The notes under the pieces: generated by a model
The model's input: only the letters and a program-made list of their open reading frames with translations
Database searches by the model: none
Told to the model about the DNA's origin: nothing
Shown: in pieces, positions 42,735-52,740 of the stretch
Layout of the letters: each line of letters begins with the position of its first letter
Numbering within the stretch: position 1 is the first letter of the stretch
DNA from: a virus
Taxonomy: Duplodnaviria; Caudoviricetes
DNA length: 64,000 nt
Strand: one strand, 5' to 3'
IMG/VR virus record: IMGVR_UViG_638276473_000001
Coordinates: 6,798 to 70,797 of that record
Position numbers and translations under genes: made by a program

Positions 42735-43986
42735 CCTCCCTCTGATGAGGAATTCAGAGCGCAAGGACTTCAAAACCTGCCAGACCAAATGGAATTGGTC
42801 TTGGAACCATGGCCTTGTGCTCAAGATTCCCACGACAAGCGCCGCGTGGTTTGGAACCGGCTGGCATCTGGTGTGGGCCGAATACTACACACCGCCCAAG
42901 GGCAAAGACGGTTTCCACCGTGGTCGTGATCCACACGAAACGTGGGCCGAGTATTGCAAGGGCGAATACGCTGCAATCTCAAGCGGACCCTACTGGGATG
43001 AAGTTGCCGAGAAGGAATGGCACGACGCAGAAGCGTTGGGGCACATCATGATCGACAACTACCTGGCCGAGTACGGGAATCCTGCCGATCCGCACTGGGA
43101 AGTGCTGATGCCGGAGACCCGCATTCGAGCCAAAATCCCTTACAACGCAAGGCAGATCAGTTCCGAACACTACGGAATCGATCACCTTTCGCGAGGGAAG
43201 TTCATCACGGAATTGGTTGGCACCATTGACATGCCGATCCGTGACCACTCGTTCGACCCGCCACGGATTGTCGTCGTGGACCACAAGACGACGAACAAGA
43301 AAGAGAACGTCCGGTGGCTGACCAAGGACGACCAGGGCGGCAGCTACATCGCCATCGGCACTCCGTACCTACGCAAGCACGGGTTGATTCTGCCCGACGA
43401 ATCAATCTGGGGCGCAATCTGGTCCTATGCCCGTAAGGGCAAGGCTCCCGATCCGGCGACCACAGACAACGAGGGTCGCGTTCGAAACGCACCCCAAAAG
43501 AAGCACTACGCAGAGCAATTGGCTGGCATGACCATCGATGGTGTCTACTACACCGAGGAAATGCTGATGGATATGCCGATCAAATCGACGGCGAAAAAGC
43601 CACCGCTTCTGCTACCGCAACTGGCCGAAAAGGCGAATGTTCGTGTGCTGGGCGACATTTCGTCTCGGCAGCCCTCCCCGCTGTTCTGGCGTGAGCCGGT
43701 CGAACGCGGACAGGCCAACCGTGCCCGTCAGGTCGAGCGCATCGCAGACGACGCAGAGCAAATGGCCCTGATTCGCAGTGGAAACCTGGCCGTCACGAAA
43801 AACCCTGGGGAACACTGCAACTGGTGCCAGTTCAACGACCTGTGCGACCTGGACGAAAACCGGGACGAGACCGACGAATATATCAAGGCGGTCTACGACG
43901 TTCGCGATCCGTACGCAGATCACCGTGAAGGCGCACGGAATTCGAAAGAAACCGTGACCGCAAAGAAAGAAACTGGTGTGCAATGA
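42727..43986 (+). CDS. Cas4/RecB-like PD-(D/E)XK exonuclease
   Basis: N-terminal Cys (FKTC), FGTGWH, GTID...VVDHKT, C-terminal CNWCQFNDLC Fe-S motif. Confidence 0.9.
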   Translation: MIDLPLMRNSERKDFKTCQTKWNWSWNHGLVLKIPTTSAAWFGTGWHLVWAEYYTPPKGKDGFHRGRDPHETWAEYCKGEYAAISSGPYWDEVAEKEWHDAEALGHIMIDNYLAEYGNPADPHWEVLMPETRIRAKIPYNARQISSEHYGIDHLSRGKFITELVGTIDMPIRDHSFDPPRIVVVDHKTTNKKENVRWLTKDDQGGSYIAIGTPYLRKHGLILPDESIWGAIWSYARKGKAPDPATTDNEGRVRNAPQKKHYAEQLAGMTIDGVYYTEEMLMDMPIKSTAKKPPLLLPQLAEKANVRVLGDISSRQPSPLFWREPVERGQANRARQVERIADDAEQMALIRSGNLAVTKNPGEHCNWCQFNDLCDLDENRDETDEYIKAVYDVRDPYADHREGARNSKETVTAKKETGVQ

Positions 43987-44344
43987 CCTGGACGACGTTC
44001 TGGCAGCTTTTCATCCTGATTCCCTGGACCTGCATGTGGCTGGCGTTCGTGGTCAACGCGATCAAGAAGAACAGCCAGTTGGACGCCGACATCGCAACCC
44101 TACGGAAAATGCCGTGAAATCGAAAACCAAACTGGCAGAGGCCAAACGAAAGAGACCTCACCTTGGCGAACCCAAGGTGACAGTGCCACCGAATCCGAAA
44201 AAGGTTCTGTGGTGCCCGTTCTGCGACTGGCGACATAGTGATTCGTTCACTGGCAGGCGTAGACTTGGAAATCACTGCGCAGACGCGCATTACAACGAGG
44301 TGGCTTTCGACCAAGGTCAAGAACCACCCGACTTGGAGGACTGA
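43976..44344 (+). CDS. Hypothetical protein with C2H2-like motif
   Basis: CPFC...HCADAH; start uncertain. Confidence 0.55.
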   Translation: MCNDLDDVLAAFHPDSLDLHVAGVRGQRDQEEQPVGRRHRNPTENAVKSKTKLAEAKRKRPHLGEPKVTVPPNPKKVLWCPFCDWRHSDSFTGRRRLGNHCADAHYNEVAFDQGQEPPDLED

Positions 44345-44347
44345 ATC

Positions 44348-44695
44348 ATGGCCGAATCACCTGCGAACGAACTGAAAATCGTCTCGGTAACCGAATTCAA
44401 TCGGTCGTACAAGGACGATCAGTGGTACTGGACCACGTTGGCCGCGAACCAGCAGCCGGTGTCAACCGGTGGGGAGGGCTACAAGGAACTGCGGAAAGCC
44501 CTGGCGGGGTTTGCAGTTTCGCAGGGCGGGGAGTTGTCGGCCTCGTTCAGTAAGCTCGTCAAGGTGAGCGACCGCGAATACCATCTTCGCCGGTACGCCT
44601 TGGGCGCACCCGATCCGTTCGACGCGGGAGACCCGCTCGCACTCGCCACCGAAGGGTGGCAACCACCGGAAGCGCAGTCGGCTACCGCACAGTAG
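44348..44695 (+). CDS. Hypothetical protein (DUF1508-like motif)
   Basis: GGAGG RBS; QWYWTTLAANQQPVSTGGEGY. Confidence 0.7.
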   Translation: MAESPANELKIVSVTEFNRSYKDDQWYWTTLAANQQPVSTGGEGYKELRKALAGFAVSQGGELSASFSKLVKVSDREYHLRRYALGAPDPFDAGDPLALATEGWQPPEAQSATAQ

Positions 44696-44728
44696 ACCGT
44701 CTGCAATCGCACAGAAAGTAGTTACAGA

Positions 44729-45751
44729 ATGCCGATTCCGAATACCAAAAAGGTCAAGGACAACGTAAAGCATTGGAACTTCCTGCTTTACGCTGATTCC
44801 GGCGCGGGGAAGACCGTCTACGCTCTGAAAAAAGGCGGCAAACGCATCCTGGTCATGGCGATGGGTGCAGAAGACGACGGCCTCATGAGTGCGGCTCGAC
44901 TCGGCACCGAAGCCGACCAGATCGAGACGAACGAGTGGGAAGACGTGATGCAGGCCAACAACGACCTGTGGAGCGACGAGGGTCTGGCGTGGTTGCAGGA
45001 GAACTACGACATCCTCGTCATCGATTCTCTGACCGAAATGGACTCGATGATCATGCGCTACATCCTGCGCATGACACGCGAGGCCAAGATCGCCAAGGAC
45101 ACCGACCCCGATCAGCCGTGGATCGATGACTACGGCAAGCGAAACATCATCTTGGAGAAGTTCGTTCGTTCGATGAACGACCTCCCGATCAACGTCTTCT
45201 ACACGGCGCTCCCCCGTATCGCGGAGGACCCCGACAAGAAGGAATTCCTTGTGCCTGCGATTGGTGGCAACAAGCCCACCGATTTCCGGTTCGCAATGAA
45301 GATCGTTTCGCTGATGACCTCCTACGGCTACATGCGCGTCGAGGAAGTCACGCAGCCCGATCCGACCGACGCCGAACCGGAGCGCAAGAAGAAGGTCAAG
45401 CAGCGCGTGATCTACTGGGAGGACACGTCTTTCAGCAAGGGCAAGGACCGCACGGTCTCGCTCACGCCCAAGACGGTGAACTTCAACATTCAGAAGATGG
45501 CCGCGTGCATCGAAGGCAAGATCGACAACACCGGCAAGCCGAAGAATCGCACGGCGGCAGAACCGGCGAAAAAGGCAGCTGCACCGGCTGTGAAAAAGGC
45601 ACCCGCGCAGGCTAGTCCAGCGCCGGTGAAAGCGGTAGAGTCGAAGCCGGAGCCGGAGCCGACTCCCGAGCCGGAAACCAAACCGGCTGAAAACGCACCG
45701 GAAGGGGACAGCGACGACAACGCCATCGAACTCGTAACCGCAGAACCCTAA
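44729..45751 (+). CDS. AAA ATPase (Sak4/RecA-like recombination protein)
   Basis: Walker A ADSGAGKT, Walker B LVIDSLTE; between exonuclease and SSB. Confidence 0.88.
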   Translation: MPIPNTKKVKDNVKHWNFLLYADSGAGKTVYALKKGGKRILVMAMGAEDDGLMSAARLGTEADQIETNEWEDVMQANNDLWSDEGLAWLQENYDILVIDSLTEMDSMIMRYILRMTREAKIAKDTDPDQPWIDDYGKRNIILEKFVRSMNDLPINVFYTALPRIAEDPDKKEFLVPAIGGNKPTDFRFAMKIVSLMTSYGYMRVEEVTQPDPTDAEPERKKKVKQRVIYWEDTSFSKGKDRTVSLTPKTVNFNIQKMAACIEGKIDNTGKPKNRTAAEPAKKAAAPAVKKAPAQASPAPVKAVESKPEPEPTPEPETKPAENAPEGDSDDNAIELVTAEP

Positions 45752-45808
45752 GTCAACCAACAAGTTTCGGCAGAAACCTAGAAACAACTCAGACGAAAGA
45801 AGCTCAAA

Positions 45809-46546
45809 ATGCCGAAGTTCGATCTCGACATCAATGGCGTAGACGACGGAGTAGCCGAGGGCTACGAAGTGTGGAGCGGTCCCATGCCCACACCCGGCGT
45901 CTACGACGGCAAGCTCAAGGTCGCGCAGATCACCGTGATCGATCCCGAGGGACGCAACAAGTCCAAGTACGCGGGCAAGAACCGCGTCAAAATCGGAGTC
46001 GAACTCGCTGGAAACACTGGCGACAAGGCGCAGTTCAACGGTTACGTCGCCTGGGGCGGCGTGAATCTGGTGGACTCGTCCAAGCAGTTCATCAATCAGT
46101 GGTTGCTCGCTCTCACGGACGGGTCCGACGAAGAATTCCTCAAGATCAAGAAGGCGTTCTACGAAGGCGGCATCCGCGTCGATGAGAAGAAGGAGCACAT
46201 CACCGCGATTGGCCGCTGGGCCGTCGAATCGCCGAACGGTGAACTCCCGATCAAGCTGTCGCTCAAGCATCGTCAGTTCACGAAGACGCTGGACGACGGC
46301 ACGAAATCCACACGAACTCAGGTCGAAATCGCCGCGTTCCTCCGGCGCGATGGTGGATCGTCGGCTGGCGGGGCTGCCTCCGCTGACGAACCGGCTGCCG
46401 AGCCGACCGACGACGACGAGGACAACTACGACTACGGCGACGACGACGGCGACAGCGGCGAGGTCGAAGTCGATGGTGACGCAGGCGAGTTCGATGAATC
46501 GGTGCTCGACGCCGATTCCGAAGACGAGCCGGTGACAACCGGCTAG
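45809..46546 (+). CDS. Single-stranded DNA-binding protein (putative)
   Basis: PGVY motif, very acidic C-terminal tail, follows the AAA ATPase. Confidence 0.75.
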   Translation: MPKFDLDINGVDDGVAEGYEVWSGPMPTPGVYDGKLKVAQITVIDPEGRNKSKYAGKNRVKIGVELAGNTGDKAQFNGYVAWGGVNLVDSSKQFINQWLLALTDGSDEEFLKIKKAFYEGGIRVDEKKEHITAIGRWAVESPNGELPIKLSLKHRQFTKTLDDGTKSTRTQVEIAAFLRRDGGSSAGGAASADEPAAEPTDDDEDNYDYGDDDGDSGEVEVDGDAGEFDESVLDADSEDEPVTTG

Positions 46547-46572
46547 AAGACTCAGGGCAACCTGGGATGGTG

Positions 46573-46611
46573 GAAACCGGGGGAGATTCAGCCACAGTCT
46601 CCCCCGGTTTC
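46573..46611 (+). terminator. Stem-loop after SSB
   Basis: GAAACCGGGGGAGA-N11-TCTCCCCCGGTTTC, 14-bp stem. Confidence 0.7.
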
Positions 46612-46630
46612 TCAACGAAATGAGCTGGAA

Positions 46631-46720
46631 ATGCACGCTTTTTGGACGTGTATCTTCTGCGGAGCGAGTAACCATGCAAGCAGCGAGCGGTGTTTCAAGT
46701 GCCACGCAGCGCGAGGGTGA
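46631..46720 (+). CDS. 29-aa RanBP2-type zinc-finger microprotein (absent from the ORF track)
   Basis: MHAFWTCIFCGASNHASSERCFKCHAARG matches W-x-C-x2-C-x3-N-x6-C-x2-C. Confidence 0.6.
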   Translation: MHAFWTCIFCGASNHASSERCFKCHAARG

Positions 46721-46797
46721 ATGCGAATGTGGCTGCCCACAAGTTTGGACAAAGCACGGATGGCTTTGTCTCCATTGCGATTTGAACAGGAAGTGAA

Positions 46798-47136
46798 ATG
46801 AAGGTCGAAGGCACCGAAGACAGCAAGATAATCGAAGCGGTTTCTGCTGCGAAAGATTCCAAGCTCGTTTTCAACGACGCGATCAACGCCTGCACACTCA
46901 GTGACGGCGCGTTCTACCACATCAAGCCGGGGTCGTTCCACGTCCACAAGGCACGTGCGGGCAACAATCCCCAGAGCGGCCCTCCGTTCATCCGCTTCTG
47001 CGCGCTCATGGAGGGACCGGCCTCTGGCCGCGTCCATGAGGTCATGGTCGAAACGTTCCTCACGTCGCTGGTGGCCGTGTTCTACCCGGTGCCCGAGCCG
47101 ACCGAGGACGACGAGACCGACGAGACCAAGGACTGA
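46798..47136 (+). CDS. Hypothetical protein
   Basis: AGGA RBS; acidic tail. Confidence 0.7.
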   Translation: MKVEGTEDSKIIEAVSAAKDSKLVFNDAINACTLSDGAFYHIKPGSFHVHKARAGNNPQSGPPFIRFCALMEGPASGRVHEVMVETFLTSLVAVFYPVPEPTEDDETDETKD

Positions 47137-47139
47137 ACC

Positions 47140-47646
47140 GTGGCCGGTGAGTACAGCGAAGTCGCCCAATTGACTCGAATCGCAGACGCTTTGGAGTCGT
47201 TCACCAAGGACCGTCTCGATCCGAATACCGGCGAATCGCTGGGTAGTTGGGCTGACAACTTCATGGAAATGGTTCTGAATCCTCCCATGACTGTTGTCAA
47301 CAACGTGGCTGCGGCCTCCGAGGAAACCGACGACCTCGATCCAACTTTCGCCGCACTCGCCGGAGCCTGCTATTCGATGGCAGACCAGCTTGAAAACTGC
47401 CTGAACGAGCCGGATCAGTTTAAGAAAGCACAGGCTTTGCGGAACTTGGTTTCCCAAATCCGCTCTCTGGCTGACAAATACGCCGAATCTGCTGCGGCAG
47501 AAGACTACCGTCGCGTGATGCAATCGCGCATCCGCAAGGTAGAATCGAATGATGGACCTGAACCGGAGCCGGAAACGCCGGTAGTCGAGCCTGACCCGAG
47601 GTACAAGCCCAAGGGTTCGTGGAAAGGTCCGCAGGATGGTGAGTGA
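47140..47646 (+). CDS. Hypothetical protein
   Basis: AAGGA RBS. Confidence 0.7.
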   Translation: MAGEYSEVAQLTRIADALESFTKDRLDPNTGESLGSWADNFMEMVLNPPMTVVNNVAAASEETDDLDPTFAALAGACYSMADQLENCLNEPDQFKKAQALRNLVSQIRSLADKYAESAAAEDYRRVMQSRIRKVESNDGPEPEPETPVVEPDPRYKPKGSWKGPQDGE

Positions 47647-48098
47647 ATGTGAACGCTAGCAGCCTCAGTAGCTACGGAATTGCGGCTGGAATCGTAGCCG
47701 CTTGTGCCGCAACGGTTATCTGGTGGACTCCGGCCAGTACGAGCACTCAAATTCCTGAATTCAACGAGTCGAACACAAACCTGTTCCCTGACGCGCCGAA
47801 AAACGTACCGATCCCGCCAGCGAATCTCCCCAGTGCGCCGCTTCAACCGTCGCCTGCCCCTATGCCCGGTGGCTCTCCGATCCCCAGCGTCGAGGGCAAC
47901 ATGCCTCCCCGGTCAAATGGCCCGTCTGGTCGGCCATCTGCCCCGAGCCAACGCCCTGGCGGGTCTACGGTCGTGCCAACTGTTCCGACTGGACCGCCGA
48001 TCACGCCACCACCGCCGCCGTTCCCACCGCCGTCGCAGAATCCCTGTGCGGTCGGTCTGGTACTTGACCCCCTGTTGGGTGTCTGCATCCGGCTATGA
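47643..48098 (+). CDS. Proline-rich membrane-anchored protein
   Basis: N-terminal TM helix, long Pro-rich linker, C-terminal Cys pair. Confidence 0.65.
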   Translation: MNVNASSLSSYGIAAGIVAACAATVIWWTPASTSTQIPEFNESNTNLFPDAPKNVPIPPANLPSAPLQPSPAPMPGGSPIPSVEGNMPPRSNGPSGRPSAPSQRPGGSTVVPTVPTGPPITPPPPPFPPPSQNPCAVGLVLDPLLGVCIRL

Positions 48099-51000
48099 CA
48101 GTCGAAGCACCTACGAAACGGATGAAATTCGTTTCGTTTCACACGCACAACACGTTCAGTTATGCCGACGCGTTGGGGATGCCTTCTATCCACGCTGCAC
48201 GTGCCGAAGAACTGGGCATGTGGGCACTGGGAACGTCCAACCACGGCAACGTGAATGATCACGCGCAGTTCGAACGCGAGTGCAAAGAGCGTGGAATCAA
48301 ACCGATTTTCGGCTGCGAAATTTATTTCTCCCCGGTGGGTGAGGAAGACAAGACACGTCGCAAGACTCACCTGACCATCTTCGCGATGAACGAGATTGGG
48401 TATCGCAACCTGAATCGAATCATCACGCAGAGCTACGTCGATGCCTACCAGTGGCCGACTGTTTCATGGGAAAATTTGGAGGCGAATCATGAAGGAATCC
48501 TTGTCCTTTCAGGATGCGCAGATTCTCTCTTATCATGCACACTGCTGGGTGGTAAGTACCTTGGTGAGCAGAGAAGCCACGTCACAGACGATGACATGGA
48601 CAATGCCCGTAGGCAAATACAACGGTACCTTGATGTATTTGGGAACCGTTTCGCCTTGGAAGTTCAAAGATTTCCTCACTATGACCGTACACGTGCGCTC
48701 AATCCGGCCATCGCAGAACTTTCCCGAGACACCGGAGTACCGCTTGTTGCGACGGCTGACGTTCATTATCCCTTCCCTGAGCAGAACAAGCTTCAAGCGT
48801 TACTCCATGCGGCTCGTTGGAAAAGTTCTCCTGACTTCGCTGCCGAAGCGTCCTGGGAACACTCTGCGAATCTAACTTATCCCCTGTCAGACAAGGAGAT
48901 TCATGACGATCTGGTGGCAACAGGTCTGGATTCGGCTGACGCGTGGAAAGCGATCCAATACACGTCGATACTCGCTGAGCGATGCACAGTTGAACTGCCT
49001 AAAGCGAAGCCCCTACGGTTCGTCTGTGACAAGGGACTGACTGCAAAGCAACAACTTTCGCGTGAGATTGCAAAGGGTTGGAAGTACCGCGTTGCACAGC
49101 GGCCCGACATGGCAAGGCGCAAAGCTGAATACGTCAAGCGGCTGCAATACGAGTTCAAGATCATCACCGATAAGGACTTCGGAGACTACTTCCTGGTCAT
49201 CAGTGACCTTGTGAGACGGGCCAAGGACAAATCAATCGACGTTGGCCCTGCACGTGGGTCGGCTGCTGCCTCGTTGATTTCATACCTGTTGCGTATCACC
49301 GAGATTGATCCCCTTCACCCTCTGTTCAACAAGATGGTGTTCGAACGATTCATTGACCCTTTCCGTTCCGATTACCCCGACATCGATCTGGATTTCGATG
49401 ACGAAAAGCGTTGGGAGATAGAGCTTGACGCAAAGAACCTCTACGGACCCGAAAACGTCGCCAGTGTCGCGAACAACACCGGGTACCACGGCAAGAACAC
49501 GCTCAAGGATGTCGCTAGGGCTTATAAGCTTCCGCTGGAAACCTTTAAAGCAATCGCCAAGCGAACGACGGTGCGCGTCGAAACAGACGATAAGCGCAAC
49601 GATTCAATTTCAGATGTCCTCGAAAGCTATGCGACTCACCCTGAGATTGCAGGACTCATCGAGGCACATGCAGATAAGTTGGCGATGGCCGTCGCGCTCG
49701 AATCTGGAAATGGTGACGGTAATCTTCACTCGTCATCAGTACACGCTTGCGGCTTTGTAATCGCTTCTGATCCGATTCCCGATGTCTGCGCGATCTACCT
49801 GAAAGACAAGGGAAGCGGCTCGAAAAAGACCAAGGTTCAGGTGATTCCGTATGACAAGCGGGACGCTGAGAGCCTGGGCATGCTCAAGGTGGACTTCCTC
49901 GGATCGGCCACCATGGGCGCAATCGGCTTGATGCGCAAGTGGTCTCGCGTGGAATTGGAGGAACTTTACCTCTCGATCTATAAGGACTATGACCGCTGGA
50001 TTCGTGTGCAGAAGCGAATCAAAGAAAGCGGTGGCAAGCGAGTTGGCTTCACTGCCAACAGATTCGACAACATTCTCAAGCGATTCCGTAATGATGATGT
50101 TGTCGGCATCATGCAGTTCGAAGGTGGCACAACCCGCCAGGTGTGTCGAAACGTGCAGCCGGTGGATTTTGACGAGTTGGCCGCATGCACGGCGCTGAGC
50201 CGTCCCGGCCCGTACTACGGAGGCCAGTACACCGACTACGTTGCCGTGAAGAACGGCGAAAAGGATTGGGCACGAATCCATCCGAAAGGATTTGATCGGC
50301 ATGTGGCTTTCACTTTCGGCCAAATTGTTTACCAAGAGCAGATCATGTGGATACTGCGAGATTTGGCTGGATTCGACAACGCGGAGGTTCTGCGCGTACG
50401 CAAGATTATCGGGAAGAAGCTGGGGGAGTTTCAATTTGAAGCGATCAAGCAAGCCTTCATCGACGGATGCGCCCAAACCTGCGGTGTCGATCCTGATACG
50501 GCCCTACGTGTATTCGGTGCGATCCGTACGGCTGCCGGTTACGCGTTCAACATCGCTCACGCTTACAGCTACGCTCTCATCGCGTACTGGCAAATGGGCT
50601 TCAAAATGGATCACACCACAGAGTTTTTCGCCTCTACCCTTTACAAAAACGGAGACGGAAAGAAAGAGATTCCGAGACGTACTGCGGTACTTCAAGACGC
50701 GGAAGCTCACCGTATCGGCATCGGTGGCTGGGACCTGAATCTGTCCGGTGCAAACTGGCGACCCTACTACGATCACAGCGCGCATAGTCGCAACCTCGGT
50801 ACAGTCATGCCGGGTTTTCAACAGATTCCCGGCATAGCAGAGGCCACGGCCAAGGCCATATTGGACTGGCGCGACAACCTGCCGTGGCAGGACATCCCCA
50901 CCGCTGACGACTGGCACGTGTTGGGGCTGGACAACAAGAAGGGCGGTTGTCCCGGCATCGGTAAGGACACTGCCGAGAAGATAGCCGCTTTCGTTTCGAA

Positions 51001-51457
51001 ACCGGATGCGTTGGGTGTCAACCGAACTGCCACACAGCTTGGCGGGTTCCGCAAACAGCTAGCCAACGGCGACTTTGACGACACCGGCATCCCGTTGGAG
51101 GAATACGCGTTCTCCAATAAGCTTCCCGGCAACTGGACGTGCGCGTTCGTCGGGTTGGTCGGCAACATCGTTTATCGCGACGAAATCGAGACGATTCGTT
51201 CTCGAACTGGGCTGGCCGTCGATGTGATCAAGGCTCAGCTAGAGGACAGTGAAAAGACTAAGAAAGCAACGATTTTCGCCTACGATGAGTACGGCGAGAT
51301 AGCTTTACGGGTTTCAAGGTGGATGTACCCTCGGCTTGCGAGTAAGCTAGAAGCTATCAAACCGGATCACCACATCATCGTTGTGTGGGGCAAGACGTAC
51401 GAAGCAAACGCCAATTCAATTCAGGTCAAAGCCCTTTGGGTTTTGCAGCCAGACTAG
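48095..51457 (+). CDS. dnaE: DNA polymerase III alpha subunit (family C)
   Basis: PHP HTH motif, GPARGSAAAS, FERF, PDIDLDF, KVDFLG, YQEQIM, YAFNIAHAYSY. Confidence 0.96.
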   Translation: MTVEAPTKRMKFVSFHTHNTFSYADALGMPSIHAARAEELGMWALGTSNHGNVNDHAQFERECKERGIKPIFGCEIYFSPVGEEDKTRRKTHLTIFAMNEIGYRNLNRIITQSYVDAYQWPTVSWENLEANHEGILVLSGCADSLLSCTLLGGKYLGEQRSHVTDDDMDNARRQIQRYLDVFGNRFALEVQRFPHYDRTRALNPAIAELSRDTGVPLVATADVHYPFPEQNKLQALLHAARWKSSPDFAAEASWEHSANLTYPLSDKEIHDDLVATGLDSADAWKAIQYTSILAERCTVELPKAKPLRFVCDKGLTAKQQLSREIAKGWKYRVAQRPDMARRKAEYVKRLQYEFKIITDKDFGDYFLVISDLVRRAKDKSIDVGPARGSAAASLISYLLRITEIDPLHPLFNKMVFERFIDPFRSDYPDIDLDFDDEKRWEIELDAKNLYGPENVASVANNTGYHGKNTLKDVARAYKLPLETFKAIAKRTTVRVETDDKRNDSISDVLESYATHPEIAGLIEAHADKLAMAVALESGNGDGNLHSSSVHACGFVIASDPIPDVCAIYLKDKGSGSKKTKVQVIPYDKRDAESLGMLKVDFLGSATMGAIGLMRKWSRVELEELYLSIYKDYDRWIRVQKRIKESGGKRVGFTANRFDNILKRFRNDDVVGIMQFEGGTTRQVCRNVQPVDFDELAACTALSRPGPYYGGQYTDYVAVKNGEKDWARIHPKGFDRHVAFTFGQIVYQEQIMWILRDLAGFDNAEVLRVRKIIGKKLGEFQFEAIKQAFIDGCAQTCGVDPDTALRVFGAIRTAAGYAFNIAHAYSYALIAYWQMGFKMDHTTEFFASTLYKNGDGKKEIPRRTAVLQDAEAHRIGIGGWDLNLSGANWRPYYDHSAHSRNLGTVMPGFQQIPGIAEATAKAILDWRDNLPWQDIPTADDWHVLGLDNKKGGCPGIGKDTAEKIAAFVSKPDALGVNRTATQLGGFRKQLANGDFDDTGIPLEEYAFSNKLPGNWTCAFVGLVGNIVYRDEIETIRSRTGLAVDVIKAQLEDSEKTKKATIFAYDEYGEIALRVSRWMYPRLASKLEAIKPDHHIIVVWGKTYEANANSIQVKALWVLQPD

Positions 51458-51465
51458 GAGAGATT

Positions 51466-52338
51466 GTGGGCAAGAAGAAGAAGAAGAAGAAGAAGAAGGC
51501 ACCGAAGCCGGTTGCCTCTCCCATGGCGACTGCCTTGGCCGGAATGCGTGAGGCACTTCGCGATCCCGAGACGCAGAAGCGAATTGCGCAGGGATTCAAC
51601 AAGCTTCGCCCGCAGGCACAGTCGGTCATGGACGAGTTGAAGGCCAATTCCAAGGCCCAAGACGAGGCGGTGCGCAAGCTCGAAATGCCGTCCATGGAAG
51701 GTGAATTGCGTCTTCCCGACAAGTTCGTTCCGCGTGCAAGCCGACATGATTTCTACTGGATTTGCACCGCAGAGAACCGCGAATCCTCATGCGCGGTGAA
51801 AGCCTCGTACTGGCGCGAGGATTCTGTGAGTACCCAAGACATCATCGACGGGCGTCCCGGCTCTCGTAAGGGCGACTGGACCGTTGACATCATCGGCTAC
51901 AACGGTGGTGCGCTGTTCCGGCTCGACTCGGCTCACGCCAAAAGGGTTGCAGAATCGGTGCTTTCGGCGGTCGGATTCGAGGGCGAATGGCGTAAGTATT
52001 ACGCCGAACACGGCCACAGCACCGTCGAAGGCGGCGAAATGGCGTTCGTTCCGCACGACGATCCCGGCCCGACCATCCCCGAATCGCATCTGCCATCGGT
52101 CGCTGAGCAGATGACCCCAGACATCCCCACCGGAGAGCCGGGGCAGGGACCGGACCTCTTTACTCCGGCCTCTGGTGGGGGTTCAGAAGCCGAATTCCTT
52201 GGAAACACAGGGGGATTCGGTGACTCTGAGACACCGCAGGCAGCACCGAAAGAACACAAGTGCTGCGGTCACTGCGATCAGGTGCGCGACGTACACGCTC
52301 CGCACACGGACGGTTGCCCGTCCGGTTTTGATTTGTAG
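51466..52338 (+). CDS. Hypothetical protein with N-terminal poly-Lys and C-terminal Cys/His motif
   Basis: AGGAG RBS before GTG; (AAG)9; CCGHC...HAPH...C. Confidence 0.75.
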   Translation: MGKKKKKKKKKAPKPVASPMATALAGMREALRDPETQKRIAQGFNKLRPQAQSVMDELKANSKAQDEAVRKLEMPSMEGELRLPDKFVPRASRHDFYWICTAENRESSCAVKASYWREDSVSTQDIIDGRPGSRKGDWTVDIIGYNGGALFRLDSAHAKRVAESVLSAVGFEGEWRKYYAEHGHSTVEGGEMAFVPHDDPGPTIPESHLPSVAEQMTPDIPTGEPGQGPDLFTPASGGGSEAEFLGNTGGFGDSETPQAAPKEHKCCGHCDQVRDVHAPHTDGCPSGFDL

Positions 52339-52346
52339 GAGGAATC

Positions 52347-52475
52347 GTGACGAATTTCGATCACAGTCAGTGCTACGACACCAAGACGCATGAGGACTCG
52401 AAAGAGGGTCGCGACTGGTGCCGCGAGCAGGGACCGGCGTCCATGAGGGGAGACCGTGACTATGGGCGCAAATGA
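52347..52475 (+). CDS. 42-aa His/Cys microprotein (absent from the ORF track)
   Basis: AGGAGG RBS; DHSQC....H....GRDWCR. Confidence 0.6.
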   Translation: MTNFDHSQCYDTKTHEDSKEGRDWCREQGPASMRGDRDYGRK

Positions 52476-52740
52476 GAAAGTGGCAGCGACGTTCGCCGGA
52501 GCCAGCCACGAACACGTCTGCCACGCACTACGCTGCAATACGCCGGTGGAGCCGAAACTGCTGATGTGCGCCCGACATTGGCGCATGGTTCCGCAAGCCC
52601 TCAAGGATCGCGTCTGGGCCACCTACCGACCCGGCCAAGAGGAAACTAAGGACCCGTCTCACGAATACGTTCGTGCGGCGATGGCAGCCGTCAACGCTGT
52701 CGCAGACAAGGAAGGAATCAGGCATGGGTCAGTACATTAA
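52462..52740 (+). CDS. Small zinc-binding protein
   Basis: HVCHALRC...LMCARHWRMVP. Confidence 0.75.
   Translation: MGANEKVAATFAGASHEHVCHALRCNTPVEPKLLMCARHWRMVPQALKDRVWATYRPGQEETKDPSHEYVRAAMAAVNAVADKEGIRHGSVH

Noticed and set aside
44462-46705. 747-aa minus-strand ORF, and similar long antisense ORFs (4846-6186, 12334-13785, 14761-16470, 21607-23082)
   Set aside because: They shadow well-supported plus-strand genes with high GC3 bias and have no motifs or RBS
48095-51457. Intein or intron in dnaE, helicase or primase
   Set aside because: Lengths are ordinary and no intein splice motifs or homing-endonuclease blocks were seen
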